Below, in pieces: positions 39,855-48,417 of a stretch of DNA of 64,000 bases. The position numbers were made by a program, and so were the translations under genes. How positions within the stretch are numbered: position 1 is the stretch's first letter; each line of letters opens with the position of its first letter. The notes beneath the pieces were generated by a model that had not been told where the DNA came from, did not search any database, and saw only the letters and a list, made by a program, of their open reading frames with translations. The DNA comes from a virus. The stretch spans positions 69,056-133,055 of the IMG/VR virus record IMGVR_UViG_3300025860_000003, one strand, 5' to 3'.

Positions 39855-40025
39855 TTATTGAGTGTTTTTAGATTCTTGTATTTCTTTTCGTCTGTCTTTA
39901 CACAGCTTTGAAATTTCGGCTAACGCCTTTCTAGCTCTTGTTCCAGCTGCTTTGTTGCCTTGACTGAATTTTTCATTCTCAGCATTATATAATTCAAATA
40001 AACTTACTATATTATCATGTAACAT
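39855..40025 (-). CDS. small basic DNA-binding protein, histone H1-like Hc1 family
   Basis: Manual translation, 56 aa: MLHDNIVSLFELYNAENEKFSQGNKAAGTRARKALAEISKLCKDRRKEIQESKNTQ. Carries the GNKAAGTRARK signature. Confidence 0.8.
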   Translation of the reverse strand: MLHDNIVSLFELYNAENEKFSQGNKAAGTRARKALAEISKLCKDRRKEIQESKNTQ

Positions 40026-40035
40026 AAAATAAACC

Positions 40036-40064
40036 TTGACTAGTAATTAGAACTCATGTATAAT
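40036..40064 (+). promoter_or_regulatory. sigma70-like promoter, antisense to the late operon
   Basis: TTGACT-N17-TATAAT. Confidence 0.6.
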
Positions 40065-40140
40065 AAAGATGTTGCTTTTTGGGATCTACGACCATGTAAC
40101 TCACAATCCTTTAGGGCTTTTCCCATTGCCCTTTGTATTC

Positions 40141-40148
40141 TATTTATA
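40141..40148 (-). promoter_or_regulatory. late promoter TATAAATA
   Basis: Exact consensus upstream of the Hc1-like/gp25/gp6 operon. Confidence 0.8.
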
Positions 40149-40155
40149 ACGCCAT

Positions 40156-40452
40156 TTAACCGCCAGCGAAAACATTACCTGAACCAGTAGCAGCAGCATT
40201 ACCAACCCACGATCCATGACCGCCAGTTGAATCCCCTTTACGATGCACGGCAATCCCATTTACAAATACACTACCTGAGCCGCCAGTCGCAGGATCGCCG
40301 CAACCAGTTTTATCGCCAACCCTTACAGCAGCCGCACCATTTACAAACACATTACCTGACCCAGCAGCATATGATGTTTTGTGGAATGGGCTGGGTGTTG
40401 GACTTGCGTGTCCAATGTGTGAGTCTATTCCTTTTCGTACGATAGCAGGCAT
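40156..40452 (-). CDS. PAAR spike-tip protein (gp5.4-like)
   Basis: MPAIVRKG, GSGNVFVNG..AVRVGD..CG and His/Cys metal ligands. Follows gp5. Confidence 0.93.
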   Translation of the reverse strand: MPAIVRKGIDSHIGHASPTPSPFHKTSYAAGSGNVFVNGAAAVRVGDKTGCGDPATGGSGSVFVNGIAVHRKGDSTGGHGSWVGNAAATGSGNVFAGG

Positions 40453-41393
40453 TAGTTTAGATCAATCCTTCCAGCGTCCATGTCAATAGCTGAACCGCCA
40501 TTAATGTCCATAGAAGCAGCAGATGTTTTCTGGCTTCCAGTGTAATCTTCGGTCACACTACCACCAACAGATTCGACTATGTTGTCAGTGATCTTTGTTG
40601 TTTTACTTTTGCTGTATGTTTCTACAACCTCACCGCCAATAGTTTCGTTCTTATCGCCTGTCACATTAATGTTCCAGTCACCGCCAATGGTTGTGTTGCA
40701 ATCCTGATCAATGAATAGATTACAAACACCTTTAATATGCACATCATTATTAGAGGCAACAATAGTATAATTGTTATTTACGATATGTGTTACACGATCG
40801 CCGTTTGGATGTACTTCATAAAACGTTCCGCTCTTATGGCGTTCACGTATTCTTTCTGCGTCTGGCGTATCATCATATTCTTTGGTGTGTCCAGACTCTG
40901 ATTCATATACATGGTTGTATGGATATACAGCAGCATAGGGAGCAGCAGGTTCAGGTATGGTAGTGTCAAGCTCATGTACTTTAGTGTTCTCGCCACGAGC
41001 TAGTTTGTTTACATCTGGAATATTGACTTCTGTTGGATACTTACCATTAGGATCATTAAATCCAAGTGCGGTGTCCGCAAGGTTAGTTGGGATGCCTGCT
41101 AATGACCCGAGGATCATTGGCTCCTGAGCACGCTCTCCATCTGCGAAGAATCCGATAACCCATGAGCCTTCAAACAGACCAGTAGGTGAATTACCAAAAC
41201 CGCTTACGGATGCTGAGCTAACACCATTGACTGGAATAGCCCATGGCAGTTCATTGGTAGGGATTGCATCTAATGATTCATTATGCCAACCATACGCACG
41301 CACGCGAACCCGACCCAACTGAACTGGATCGTTTCTATCTTCAACTACACCCACAAACCAAGTGAAGTCGCCTCTACCAATATACTCTCGCAT
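40452..41393 (-). CDS. gp5: baseplate central spike (OB-fold + beta-helix, no lysozyme domain)
   Basis: WFVGVVEDRNDP..LGRVRVR, LPWA, GFFADG..AQ.P, YPYNHV.ESESGH..EYDDTP and HKSGTF motifs. Confidence 0.93.
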   Translation of the reverse strand: MREYIGRGDFTWFVGVVEDRNDPVQLGRVRVRAYGWHNESLDAIPTNELPWAIPVNGVSSASVSGFGNSPTGLFEGSWVIGFFADGERAQEPMILGSLAGIPTNLADTALGFNDPNGKYPTEVNIPDVNKLARGENTKVHELDTTIPEPAAPYAAVYPYNHVYESESGHTKEYDDTPDAERIRERHKSGTFYEVHPNGDRVTHIVNNNYTIVASNNDVHIKGVCNLFIDQDCNTTIGGDWNINVTGDKNETIGGEVVETYSKSKTTKITDNIVESVGGSVTEDYTGSQKTSAASMDINGGSAIDMDAGRIDLN

Positions 41394-41569
41394 TATTTAC
41401 CTTTTGTTTCTGCATGTTTCAGAAACGATAACAAACCATTTTTTAACGCTTTTTTGGTGCTTTCTTTTTGATCCACTCCATCACTGAGGTGATCGAACTC
41501 GACTTCTTCTGAGCTAACTTTTCTTTCTTCCGCGTTTTGCTTTTGGCTTTTTTGCTTTGGGTTGCTCAT
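41393..41569 (-). CDS. small hypothetical protein (58 aa)
   Basis: Manual translation MSNPKQKSQKQ...HAETKGK. TAATG-coupled to gp5. Confidence 0.45.
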   Translation of the reverse strand: MSNPKQKSQKQNAEERKVSSEEVEFDHLSDGVDQKESTKKALKNGLLSFLKHAETKGK

Positions 41570-41687
41570 CTAATTGCTCCACATCATGTTTTGGCAGTTT
41601 AATTTCTTGTAAGAATTCTGGCTGCGCAGTTTTCGCTCCAGCAACTTCAGATAAGAACTTTTCTCTTTGTGATCCAGGTAATGGCAT
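41514..41687 (-). CDS. small basic hypothetical protein (57 aa)
   Basis: Manual translation MPLPGSQREKFLSE...KAKRGRKKS. Starts 2 nt after the upstream stop. Confidence 0.5.
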   Translation of the reverse strand: MPLPGSQREKFLSEVAGAKTAQPEFLQEIKLPKHDVEQLDEQPKAKKPKAKRGRKKS

Positions 41688-41689
41688 TT

Positions 41690-42565
41690 TTACATCCTCG
41701 GTTCGTCTATTGTTGATAACGCATCCTTCGGAGCGTTTTGTTTAATCCAATCAAATACTTGTTTCTGGACAACCGATTCTTTTGAGAACGGCTTTCCTTC
41801 TTTTTTCAATCGTAAGTATGTGAAATCTTTTACTACAATATTACCGCCTTTACCAACAAAAACCTTTCCGTCTTTGTTGAGTCTTGGTATTGTGTTTTCT
41901 CTATTATTAAGAATGACATTTACTTGACCGTCAACACCTCTCGGCAAGTTACCTTTGACAATCTCGGACATTGTTTGGGCAGCACCCTTGTGTGTCTTCA
42001 GGAGAATATCATCAGGCACTATGCGTGATCTTGCTTGGTTGTTCTGAACAGCAACTTCATACTTTGTTAAGACCCAGTTTACATGAATGTCTTTGGGCTT
42101 ATATCCTACAGCCTCGACCAACTTCAAAACTTCGGTCATTTGTTTTAAATCTTTCAATGTGATATCAAATACGATGTTTGGTAATGTGCCTTTCTTGGCA
42201 GAACCTGATCGAACAACATCATTCAACATTGCGGTTAATGAGTTTTCTTTTATTTTAAACTTCTTTGTGAACTCATGTAGCTTGAATACATCAGCTGGCT
42301 TACTGAGGTTCAATCCCTTTATCTCTGGATATTTACCTTTCAACTCATTGATTTTAAGGAATGCTTCTTTCCACACATCAACATCACGGACTTTAAACTT
42401 ATCACCTTCCATAAAGTTGGCTAAAGCAAACCCTTTACCAGAACCAGCACCGCCAGCAAGGAATACGATCTGTCCATAACGAGCGCCGTTATTAAACATG
42501 ATCAGCTTCTCTTCAAGCTGTTGGTATTGTTCCATTAATTGCTTTTCAGCGAATGATAAAATCAT
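41690..42565 (-). CDS. P-loop kinase, zeta-toxin-like
   Basis: IVFLAGGAGSGKGF Walker A, VRDVD, NIVFDIT and NQARSR.VP motifs. Start placed at the ATGA overlap (42565). Confidence 0.75.
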   Translation of the reverse strand: MILSFAEKQLMEQYQQLEEKLIMFNNGARYGQIVFLAGGAGSGKGFALANFMEGDKFKVRDVDVWKEAFLKINELKGKYPEIKGLNLSKPADVFKLHEFTKKFKIKENSLTAMLNDVVRSGSAKKGTLPNIVFDITLKDLKQMTEVLKLVEAVGYKPKDIHVNWVLTKYEVAVQNNQARSRIVPDDILLKTHKGAAQTMSEIVKGNLPRGVDGQVNVILNNRENTIPRLNKDGKVFVGKGGNIVVKDFTYLRLKKEGKPFSKESVVQKQVFDWIKQNAPKDALSTIDEPRM

Positions 42566-43932
42566 ACTTTTATACCTGTGTCCTTGCCGCATTCCATTAT
42601 TGTAGTTGATGTATCGCCATTATTGCCTAGCATTTTTTGGCGAACTTTTGTTACGATATACTTACCACTCAGGTATTTATCTTCCCCGTCTTCTTGGTCT
42701 TCCGTGATGGCTGATGGTGGGATTGACAAATAGATAACATCACCAACATCAATTTCACTGTCTCCAGGAACAGTAACTTCCATCATCGTATTGAAGATGT
42801 GAGTAGAGTATGAGTCTGTGTGTCCTGCAGTTTCATTAGACGTTTTCGGTAATGGTTTCTCGGGCTGGAAGTTTGTGTCAGAATCTCTGCCGTGGTCTGT
42901 TGTGAATAGTCTTGATATTGATGGCTTTTCTATGAGACCTGCAATTTTCAATGACTGTAATGTCTTAAACTTATCAAAGTGTTTCTCATAATCAAAGTTT
43001 GTCACACGCTTAGTCTTTTTAAGTAGATCGATGTGTGTTGATTGCGTTTTGTATAAACCTTGTTCTATATTGTCTAAGAAATTGGCTTGCTTAATTACAT
43101 TAAACGACATTATTTTATTTCGATCATAATTCTTTTCTGCATCGCCAACAACTGTGTCGTTATTCATTATAGCATATGTAAATGTTTCTTTAACCTCTTG
43201 CTGGACAAGAGATCCTATATTGCGATAATTAAATCCATGACTATTCTCATAGAAAACGTAGTATGGGATGTGATCATCAGAGTCTGACTCATCAGCAAAG
43301 AAGTCTATAGTATCATCAACAGAAAGGTTTGGTATTATGTAGCGGTGTGCTCCTGTTGTCTCGTCTATGGTTGGAGGCTTACTTACTTGGAACCCACAAA
43401 CAGTTCTTAGATCATAATACAAACCATTAATAACTGGATTATAGAAATGCTCTTTCATAACAGAGCTAATCATATTAGAAATTTTATTGCCACCACCGTT
43501 ACCAAACGATTTGTGTACCTTTTGTGAAGCGTTCGTCACAGCTTCAATGCTAATACCTGTGAGGATATATGCTTCACTTCTTTCGGCAATCTTACTTCTA
43601 TCTGACAATTCATATAGCGAGAATATATGATTCTTCCACTCAAGGTCATCACTATTTGATCTATATGAAATGCACAATAGTTCTAGCCCGCCAAACCCGC
43701 CTTGCACGTTAGAGTCTGGATCACCCTTGAGCGTATTGATAAGACCGACTGAATCGTTGATAACAATTTCACAAGTCATATAATGCTCAAACAGATTCTG
43801 AAAGATGCTGAAGTCTAATACTAGATCTTCAATCTCAATTACCTGCCCTGATGATGATACAAGTGTGAATGACCTGACATCAACGTCTCCAGGTTTATTG
43901 TATCCTACTTCACTATCGCCTGTCATTGCCAT
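42562..43932 (-). CDS. baseplate hub protein (gp27-like)
   Basis: YVFYEN..GFNY, VPGDS...GDVI and YLSGKYIVTKVR motifs. Located after gp53 and before gp5. Confidence 0.65.
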   Translation of the reverse strand: MAMTGDSEVGYNKPGDVDVRSFTLVSSSGQVIEIEDLVLDFSIFQNLFEHYMTCEIVINDSVGLINTLKGDPDSNVQGGFGGLELLCISYRSNSDDLEWKNHIFSLYELSDRSKIAERSEAYILTGISIEAVTNASQKVHKSFGNGGGNKISNMISSVMKEHFYNPVINGLYYDLRTVCGFQVSKPPTIDETTGAHRYIIPNLSVDDTIDFFADESDSDDHIPYYVFYENSHGFNYRNIGSLVQQEVKETFTYAIMNNDTVVGDAEKNYDRNKIMSFNVIKQANFLDNIEQGLYKTQSTHIDLLKKTKRVTNFDYEKHFDKFKTLQSLKIAGLIEKPSISRLFTTDHGRDSDTNFQPEKPLPKTSNETAGHTDSYSTHIFNTMMEVTVPGDSEIDVGDVIYLSIPPSAITEDQEDGEDKYLSGKYIVTKVRQKMLGNNGDTSTTIMECGKDTGIKV

Positions 43933-43934
43933 TA

Positions 43935-44552
43935 TTAGATGCCATTCCTGAGTACATTTTCAACTTCATCACGTACAGTTGGTAAGTATTTAACATCCAA
44001 CAATTCGATGTCGCGCCTTTTTTCATTCAACTCTACTTCGTAATCATACTTTGTCACGCCAGCTACATTATATTTGTATGCACTGTCGGTTGCGTTGAAT
44101 GTTGTCAGGTCAACGACCAATACCCTTTCTTCGATTATAGTACCGTCAATAAGAGTTCGTTTTTTGGCTGGTGTGTCGACACCATTCGCATCTCTATGTC
44201 TGCAGAATATCCTATACTCATGGATAGTGCTCTGAGCTGTAGCAACAGAACCATACTTTCCTGCGACGAAATTCTCGAAGTTATCTCCGAATAATGGGAA
44301 GTCGCGCAACACGTCATTCATATCATTAAAGTGCATAACCAACCAAGAATAATTGGCGCTGCCATAATACTTCTCGGCTATTGTGTCTGGGCGGTCACCC
44401 TCTTGAATTTGATAATCATAAAAGACCAGTGCTCTATCTTTTAGACTTGAATCTACTTTAAATCTGCGCAAGATGTTTGTTAGCTTAACCGTTCGGTTTT
44501 CGTTTGTAATATCATGCGGTGTTGTTGGGAAATATGAAAAGTATTTTGACAT
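43935..44552 (-). CDS. gp53: baseplate wedge protein
   Basis: YFSYFP, YQIQEGDRPDTIAEKYYG...WLV and YDYEVELNEKRR.I motifs. Confidence 0.92.
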   Translation of the reverse strand: MSKYFSYFPTTPHDITNENRTVKLTNILRRFKVDSSLKDRALVFYDYQIQEGDRPDTIAEKYYGSANYSWLVMHFNDMNDVLRDFPLFGDNFENFVAGKYGSVATAQSTIHEYRIFCRHRDANGVDTPAKKRTLIDGTIIEERVLVVDLTTFNATDSAYKYNVAGVTKYDYEVELNEKRRDIELLDVKYLPTVRDEVENVLRNGI

Positions 44553-45643
44553 TAGCTGCTTTCTCCTCCAACTGAGAACCCTGTTTGATTCGGATTGTCC
44601 ATATCAGATTTAGTGATGATTTTCATTTCTTGGAATTGTAATGTTATCTCAACAGAAACAGGAGCGCCAGTATCTTCGAAGAACAAAGGGACTCCTTGCG
44701 AATTATAACTGATGTTTAAGTTCTTGAGAACACAATCGCCAATAGAATATAAGTTACTTGAAATGTTATCAGCAAAGTTGATCACAAACTCATCGGGATA
44801 ACTGAATGCGAGATTGCCCGCAAAGAAGTCTGGGTGCATATGGTATTTAAAGGTGTTGATTATCTTTTTAATCTGCTCAGACTCTTGCATGTTTCGGGCA
44901 ATAAATTTATACGCAAACTCATGCTCTCTGAATCCAACACCCTTGAACATGACAGCCATATGTGGATTGATAGCAAGACCTTCATTCTTACCGACACCTG
45001 CTGCGACACCACCTGCTGTAGCACCACCCGCAAGCAACGCACCAAGACCACCACCGACCGAACCTGCCGCCGCTGTTGTTGCCGCAGCCGCACCAGCAGA
45101 TAACAATTCTTCACGACCACTACCTGTGCCAGCAATAGCGCCCTTTATCTTTGAGCTAATTAGATTGCCGATATCGCCGCCAGCGCCAGCAAAATCAACC
45201 TGCCCAGCAGCTGCGCCCCCAAATACACCAAGCTCAGCATTCTCATAGTCTGCGCCATATGATACATTCAGGTTTGATGGTATAGGGAGAATAATGTTTC
45301 TTGTCACTCGCTTAATTGGCGCGACTTCTCTATTCTTACGATTCGTCTCGATAACACTGAAGATCATATAGTGATCATTATCAAGTGTTGACGGGAATTG
45401 TAATTGGTCTTGTATCTTTGGATTATCAAATAGGTTTGCTAAAGGACTCTTTACAAGATTGCCTCTTTTCTTTTTCTCAAGCAACTCATTAAAGTTTGCG
45501 TTTACCGAGATCCCATTCTTACCAATAGAAACACCAAAAGCGCCTTGTCCAGCAGCGCCCGCTATGCTCTCCAACTTTCCTGTAGCAGAAGCAACTACGG
45601 ACTTGCCTGCTGATGTCAATTGTTTAAGACTTATTTTTGGCAT
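44552..45643 (-). CDS. gp48: baseplate tail-tube cap
   Basis: ILPIPSNL, INPH...FKGVGFREHEF.YKF.ARN..ES..I..II..FK and YPDEF motifs. Confidence 0.88.
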   Translation of the reverse strand: MPKISLKQLTSAGKSVVASATGKLESIAGAAGQGAFGVSIGKNGISVNANFNELLEKKKRGNLVKSPLANLFDNPKIQDQLQFPSTLDNDHYMIFSVIETNRKNREVAPIKRVTRNIILPIPSNLNVSYGADYENAELGVFGGAAAGQVDFAGAGGDIGNLISSKIKGAIAGTGSGREELLSAGAAAATTAAAGSVGGGLGALLAGGATAGGVAAGVGKNEGLAINPHMAVMFKGVGFREHEFAYKFIARNMQESEQIKKIINTFKYHMHPDFFAGNLAFSYPDEFVINFADNISSNLYSIGDCVLKNLNISYNSQGVPLFFEDTGAPVSVEITLQFQEMKIITKSDMDNPNQTGFSVGGESS

Positions 45644-45655
45644 TTAACTTACCTT

Positions 45656-45695
45656 TATAAATATGCGTGTTGTATTACAATATACTCTATTTATA
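45656..45695. promoter_or_regulatory. face-to-face late promoters at the strand switch
   Basis: TATAAATA on + at 45656-45663 and on - at 45688-45695. Confidence 0.75.
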
Positions 45696-45704
45696 AGGAA
45701 AGGT

Positions 45705-46145
45705 GTGAGCAAATTCTACAGCGGTAAATATCAATGTAAGTTTCCTGAGAAATATAAGGGAGACTCTTCCAGCATCACATACAGGTCGAGCTGGGAGTTA
45801 AATTGTATGTCATACTTTGACAAGAACCCTGACATAATATGGTGGGCATCTGAGCCGTTCCCCATTGGCTATCGTTCACCTATTGACGGAAAGAAACACC
45901 GTTACTTTGTAGACTTCTTAATTAAAACAAGTAACAAAGAAGTGATAATGATTGAAGTGAAGCCATACGGACAGACGCACGCCCCCAAAGCACAGAAGAG
46001 ATTGACAAAAAAGTATTTAAATGAAGTTAAAACATGGGGTGTGAATCAAGCTAAATGGGAAGCTGCTGTAGAGTATTGTAAGGACAGAAATTGGAAGTTT
46101 CAGATACTTACCGAGAAAGAATTGTTCAAGAAGTCTCCTAAATAG
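45705..46145 (+). CDS. gp4: head completion nuclease (TnsA-like)
   Basis: PEKYKGD...YRSSWE, WASE, HRYFVDF, IEVKP and NQAKW motifs. GTG start after AAGGAAAGG. Confidence 0.93.
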   Translation: MSKFYSGKYQCKFPEKYKGDSSSITYRSSWELNCMSYFDKNPDIIWWASEPFPIGYRSPIDGKKHRYFVDFLIKTSNKEVIMIEVKPYGQTHAPKAQKRLTKKYLNEVKTWGVNQAKWEAAVEYCKDRNWKFQILTEKELFKKSPK

Positions 46146-46187
46146 TATCAACAAGAGGATAAGATCATCGCTTCAGTATTCGACGAC

Positions 46188-46757
46188 ATGTTACTTAAAG
46201 GTGTGCGACAGGGACAGATCCCAGCTCGTACCCAAGCTGCCAGAGATTGGTACAGAGACAAGGCACGCAAGCAAAGAAGTGCTTCTGCGTATCCATCAAA
46301 CATACTCTCTGATATGGATAAATCGAAACGTGTTCTGATTGGACGTATGTATCATTTTAGATACGATCCAAAGGGAGCAAAGACACTGCCATACTACGAT
46401 AAGTTTCCGCTTATTTTTATGGTTGGTCCAGCAGCTGGTGGGTTCTATGGAATTAATTTACATTATCTTCCACCTCAGCTTCGTGCTAAATTGATGGATT
46501 CATTATATAGTATAACAAATAATACTAAGTATGATGCGTCAACGAAGCTGAAAATCTCTTACGATGTACTAAATAGTGCTTCTAAGTATAAGTATTTTAA
46601 ACCGACTTTTAAACATTATCTTTCGAGTCAGGTGAAGTCGGAGTTCATAGAGATAAATTCCACTGAGTGGGACACAGCTTTATTCTTACCGACCGAAAGA
46701 TTCGAGAAAGCAAGAAAGTCAAAAGTGTTTGCGGACAGCAGAAGGATGTTAAAGTAA
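46188..46757 (+). CDS. gp2: DNA end protector protein
   Basis: YDPK...LPYYDKFPL and GINLHYLP motifs. The true start may be 46167. Confidence 0.93.
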   Translation: MLLKGVRQGQIPARTQAARDWYRDKARKQRSASAYPSNILSDMDKSKRVLIGRMYHFRYDPKGAKTLPYYDKFPLIFMVGPAAGGFYGINLHYLPPQLRAKLMDSLYSITNNTKYDASTKLKISYDVLNSASKYKYFKPTFKHYLSSQVKSEFIEINSTEWDTALFLPTERFEKARKSKVFADSRRMLK

Positions 46758-47506
46758 TGCCATTTAGTGTAAATGACATAGTTTCAAGTATCAACATTGG
46801 TGGTATAGCAAAGGGATCACACTTTGATATTTTTATACATGGTGCTGGCGATGGCGAGACTGAGCGAGACATGCAGTATCGCGCAGACGCGACTGAACTT
46901 CCAGGACGTGGAATATCGACTGTGGAGCATTCGTTCAACAACTATGGTCCAATCAATAAAGTTGCTTATGGTCAAACGTATGGTGACATCTCAGTATCTT
47001 TCTTATTGAGTGAGGATATCCGTGAGAAAGAATACTTTGAGATTTGGCAAGACCAGATGGTCAACACTGGTGCGTTTAATCCAAGCGGCAACGCTCGCAC
47101 ACGAGCGGTCAATAATTCATTCAATGTCAGATACTTCGACGACTACGCAAGAACTATAGTGATCAGACAATATGGTTCTACTGGTGAATTGCGGTCTATC
47201 CATACATTGAACGAAGCATATCCAATTGTAATAAATCCTATTGCTATGGCATGGGGCGAAGAAGCGCCATTGAGAATGAATGTTACGTTTGCGTACAAGA
47301 ACTACACATGTGTGTTCAATAAGCAAAACCAATCATCCAAAGGTATTGGCGGCAGCTTTAAGATTGATAGAGACGGTATTTCTGGGAGCATAAGTATTCC
47401 AGGATTCGGTAACATATCAGGTGCATTTGAAAAAGGAAGGTCTGCCATTAGTGCTAGTGTCGGCAGTGCGAAGAACAAAATTGCAGTGATAAGAAGTTTA
47501 TTTTAA
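46757..47506 (+). CDS. baseplate tail-tube initiator / tube-like protein (gp54-like)
   Basis: ELPGR, FEIWQD and L.EAYP.......W......VTFAY tube-fold motifs. Start at the TAATG overlap. Confidence 0.75.
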   Translation: MPFSVNDIVSSINIGGIAKGSHFDIFIHGAGDGETERDMQYRADATELPGRGISTVEHSFNNYGPINKVAYGQTYGDISVSFLLSEDIREKEYFEIWQDQMVNTGAFNPSGNARTRAVNNSFNVRYFDDYARTIVIRQYGSTGELRSIHTLNEAYPIVINPIAMAWGEEAPLRMNVTFAYKNYTCVFNKQNQSSKGIGGSFKIDRDGISGSISIPGFGNISGAFEKGRSAISASVGSAKNKIAVIRSLF

Positions 47507-47531
47507 ATTATTTTTTTATTAGGAGAATATA

Positions 47532-48233
47532 ATGAGTTTACCTCAGCTAACAGCTCCAGAATTTGTTACGAAAGTACCATCTACTGGGAAAGAAATTAAA
47601 TATAGACCATTTTTGGTGAGAGAAGAAAAGATTCTTCTTATGGCACTTGAAGGTGGTGATGAGAAAGAGATAGGGAATGCGATCACTAATATCCTATCAT
47701 CGTGTATCATCAGTAAGATCGATATAGATAGCCTTGCGACATTTGATGTAGAATATCTATTTCTGAAGCTCAGATCAAAGTCTGTGGGTGAAGTTATTGA
47801 ATTGAAACTTGCCCATAGCGACAAAGAATCTGTATGTAAGCACCGCACAGACGTAGTAATAAACATTGATGAAATTAATGTGGGCGGTGACATTAGTGAC
47901 GGAAAGATTGACTTGAACGGTGAGCTTGGAATCAAGTTGCGATATGCTGGCATGAACGATGTCAATTCGCTTGATACAAATTCTACATCTCAGCTTTTTG
48001 AATTGGTTGTTAGTTGTGTTGAATACATCTATGATGCTTCTGAAGTCTACGATGATTTCACCAGAGACGAGATGTCTAAGTGGCTAGAACAATTAGACAC
48101 AGCACAGTTTAAAATGATTACAGATTTTTTCCAAGCAGCACCAAAGCTGTCTCACACTATTGAATGGACATGTCCTGAATGTGGCGAGAAAGATAGCTTG
48201 GTTCTGGAGGGTATGCAAAGTTTTTTTATGTAA
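47532..48233 (+). CDS. gp26: baseplate hub assembly chaperone
   Basis: PSTGK.IKYRPFLVREEKILLMA, FDVEYLFLKLRSKSVGE and CPECG...LEG..SFF motifs. Confidence 0.92.
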   Translation: MSLPQLTAPEFVTKVPSTGKEIKYRPFLVREEKILLMALEGGDEKEIGNAITNILSSCIISKIDIDSLATFDVEYLFLKLRSKSVGEVIELKLAHSDKESVCKHRTDVVINIDEINVGGDISDGKIDLNGELGIKLRYAGMNDVNSLDTNSTSQLFELVVSCVEYIYDASEVYDDFTRDEMSKWLEQLDTAQFKMITDFFQAAPKLSHTIEWTCPECGEKDSLVLEGMQSFFM

Positions 48234-48235
48234 GC

Positions 48236-48409
48236 ATGGTGCATGACTCATTAGCAAATATGTACCAGTTGAACTTTGCAATGATGCAGCATCATAAGTA
48301 TAGCTTGAGTGAACTCGACAATATGATACCATTTGAACGAGATATCTATGTTACTTTATTGAAACATCATCTCGATGAATTAGAAGAACAACAAAAGAAT
48401 CAAAAATAG
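48236..48409 (+). CDS. gp51: baseplate hub assembly catalyst
   Basis: Manual translation, 57 aa: MVHDSLANMYQLNFAMMQHHKYSLSELDNMIPFERDIYVTLL... Confidence 0.88.
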   Translation: MVHDSLANMYQLNFAMMQHHKYSLSELDNMIPFERDIYVTLLKHHLDELEEQQKNQK

Positions 48410-48417
48410 GGGTTATA

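Noticed and set aside
45705-46145. TnsA transposase / mobile element
   Set aside because: The fold is shared, but motifs and synteny identify gp4 head completion protein.
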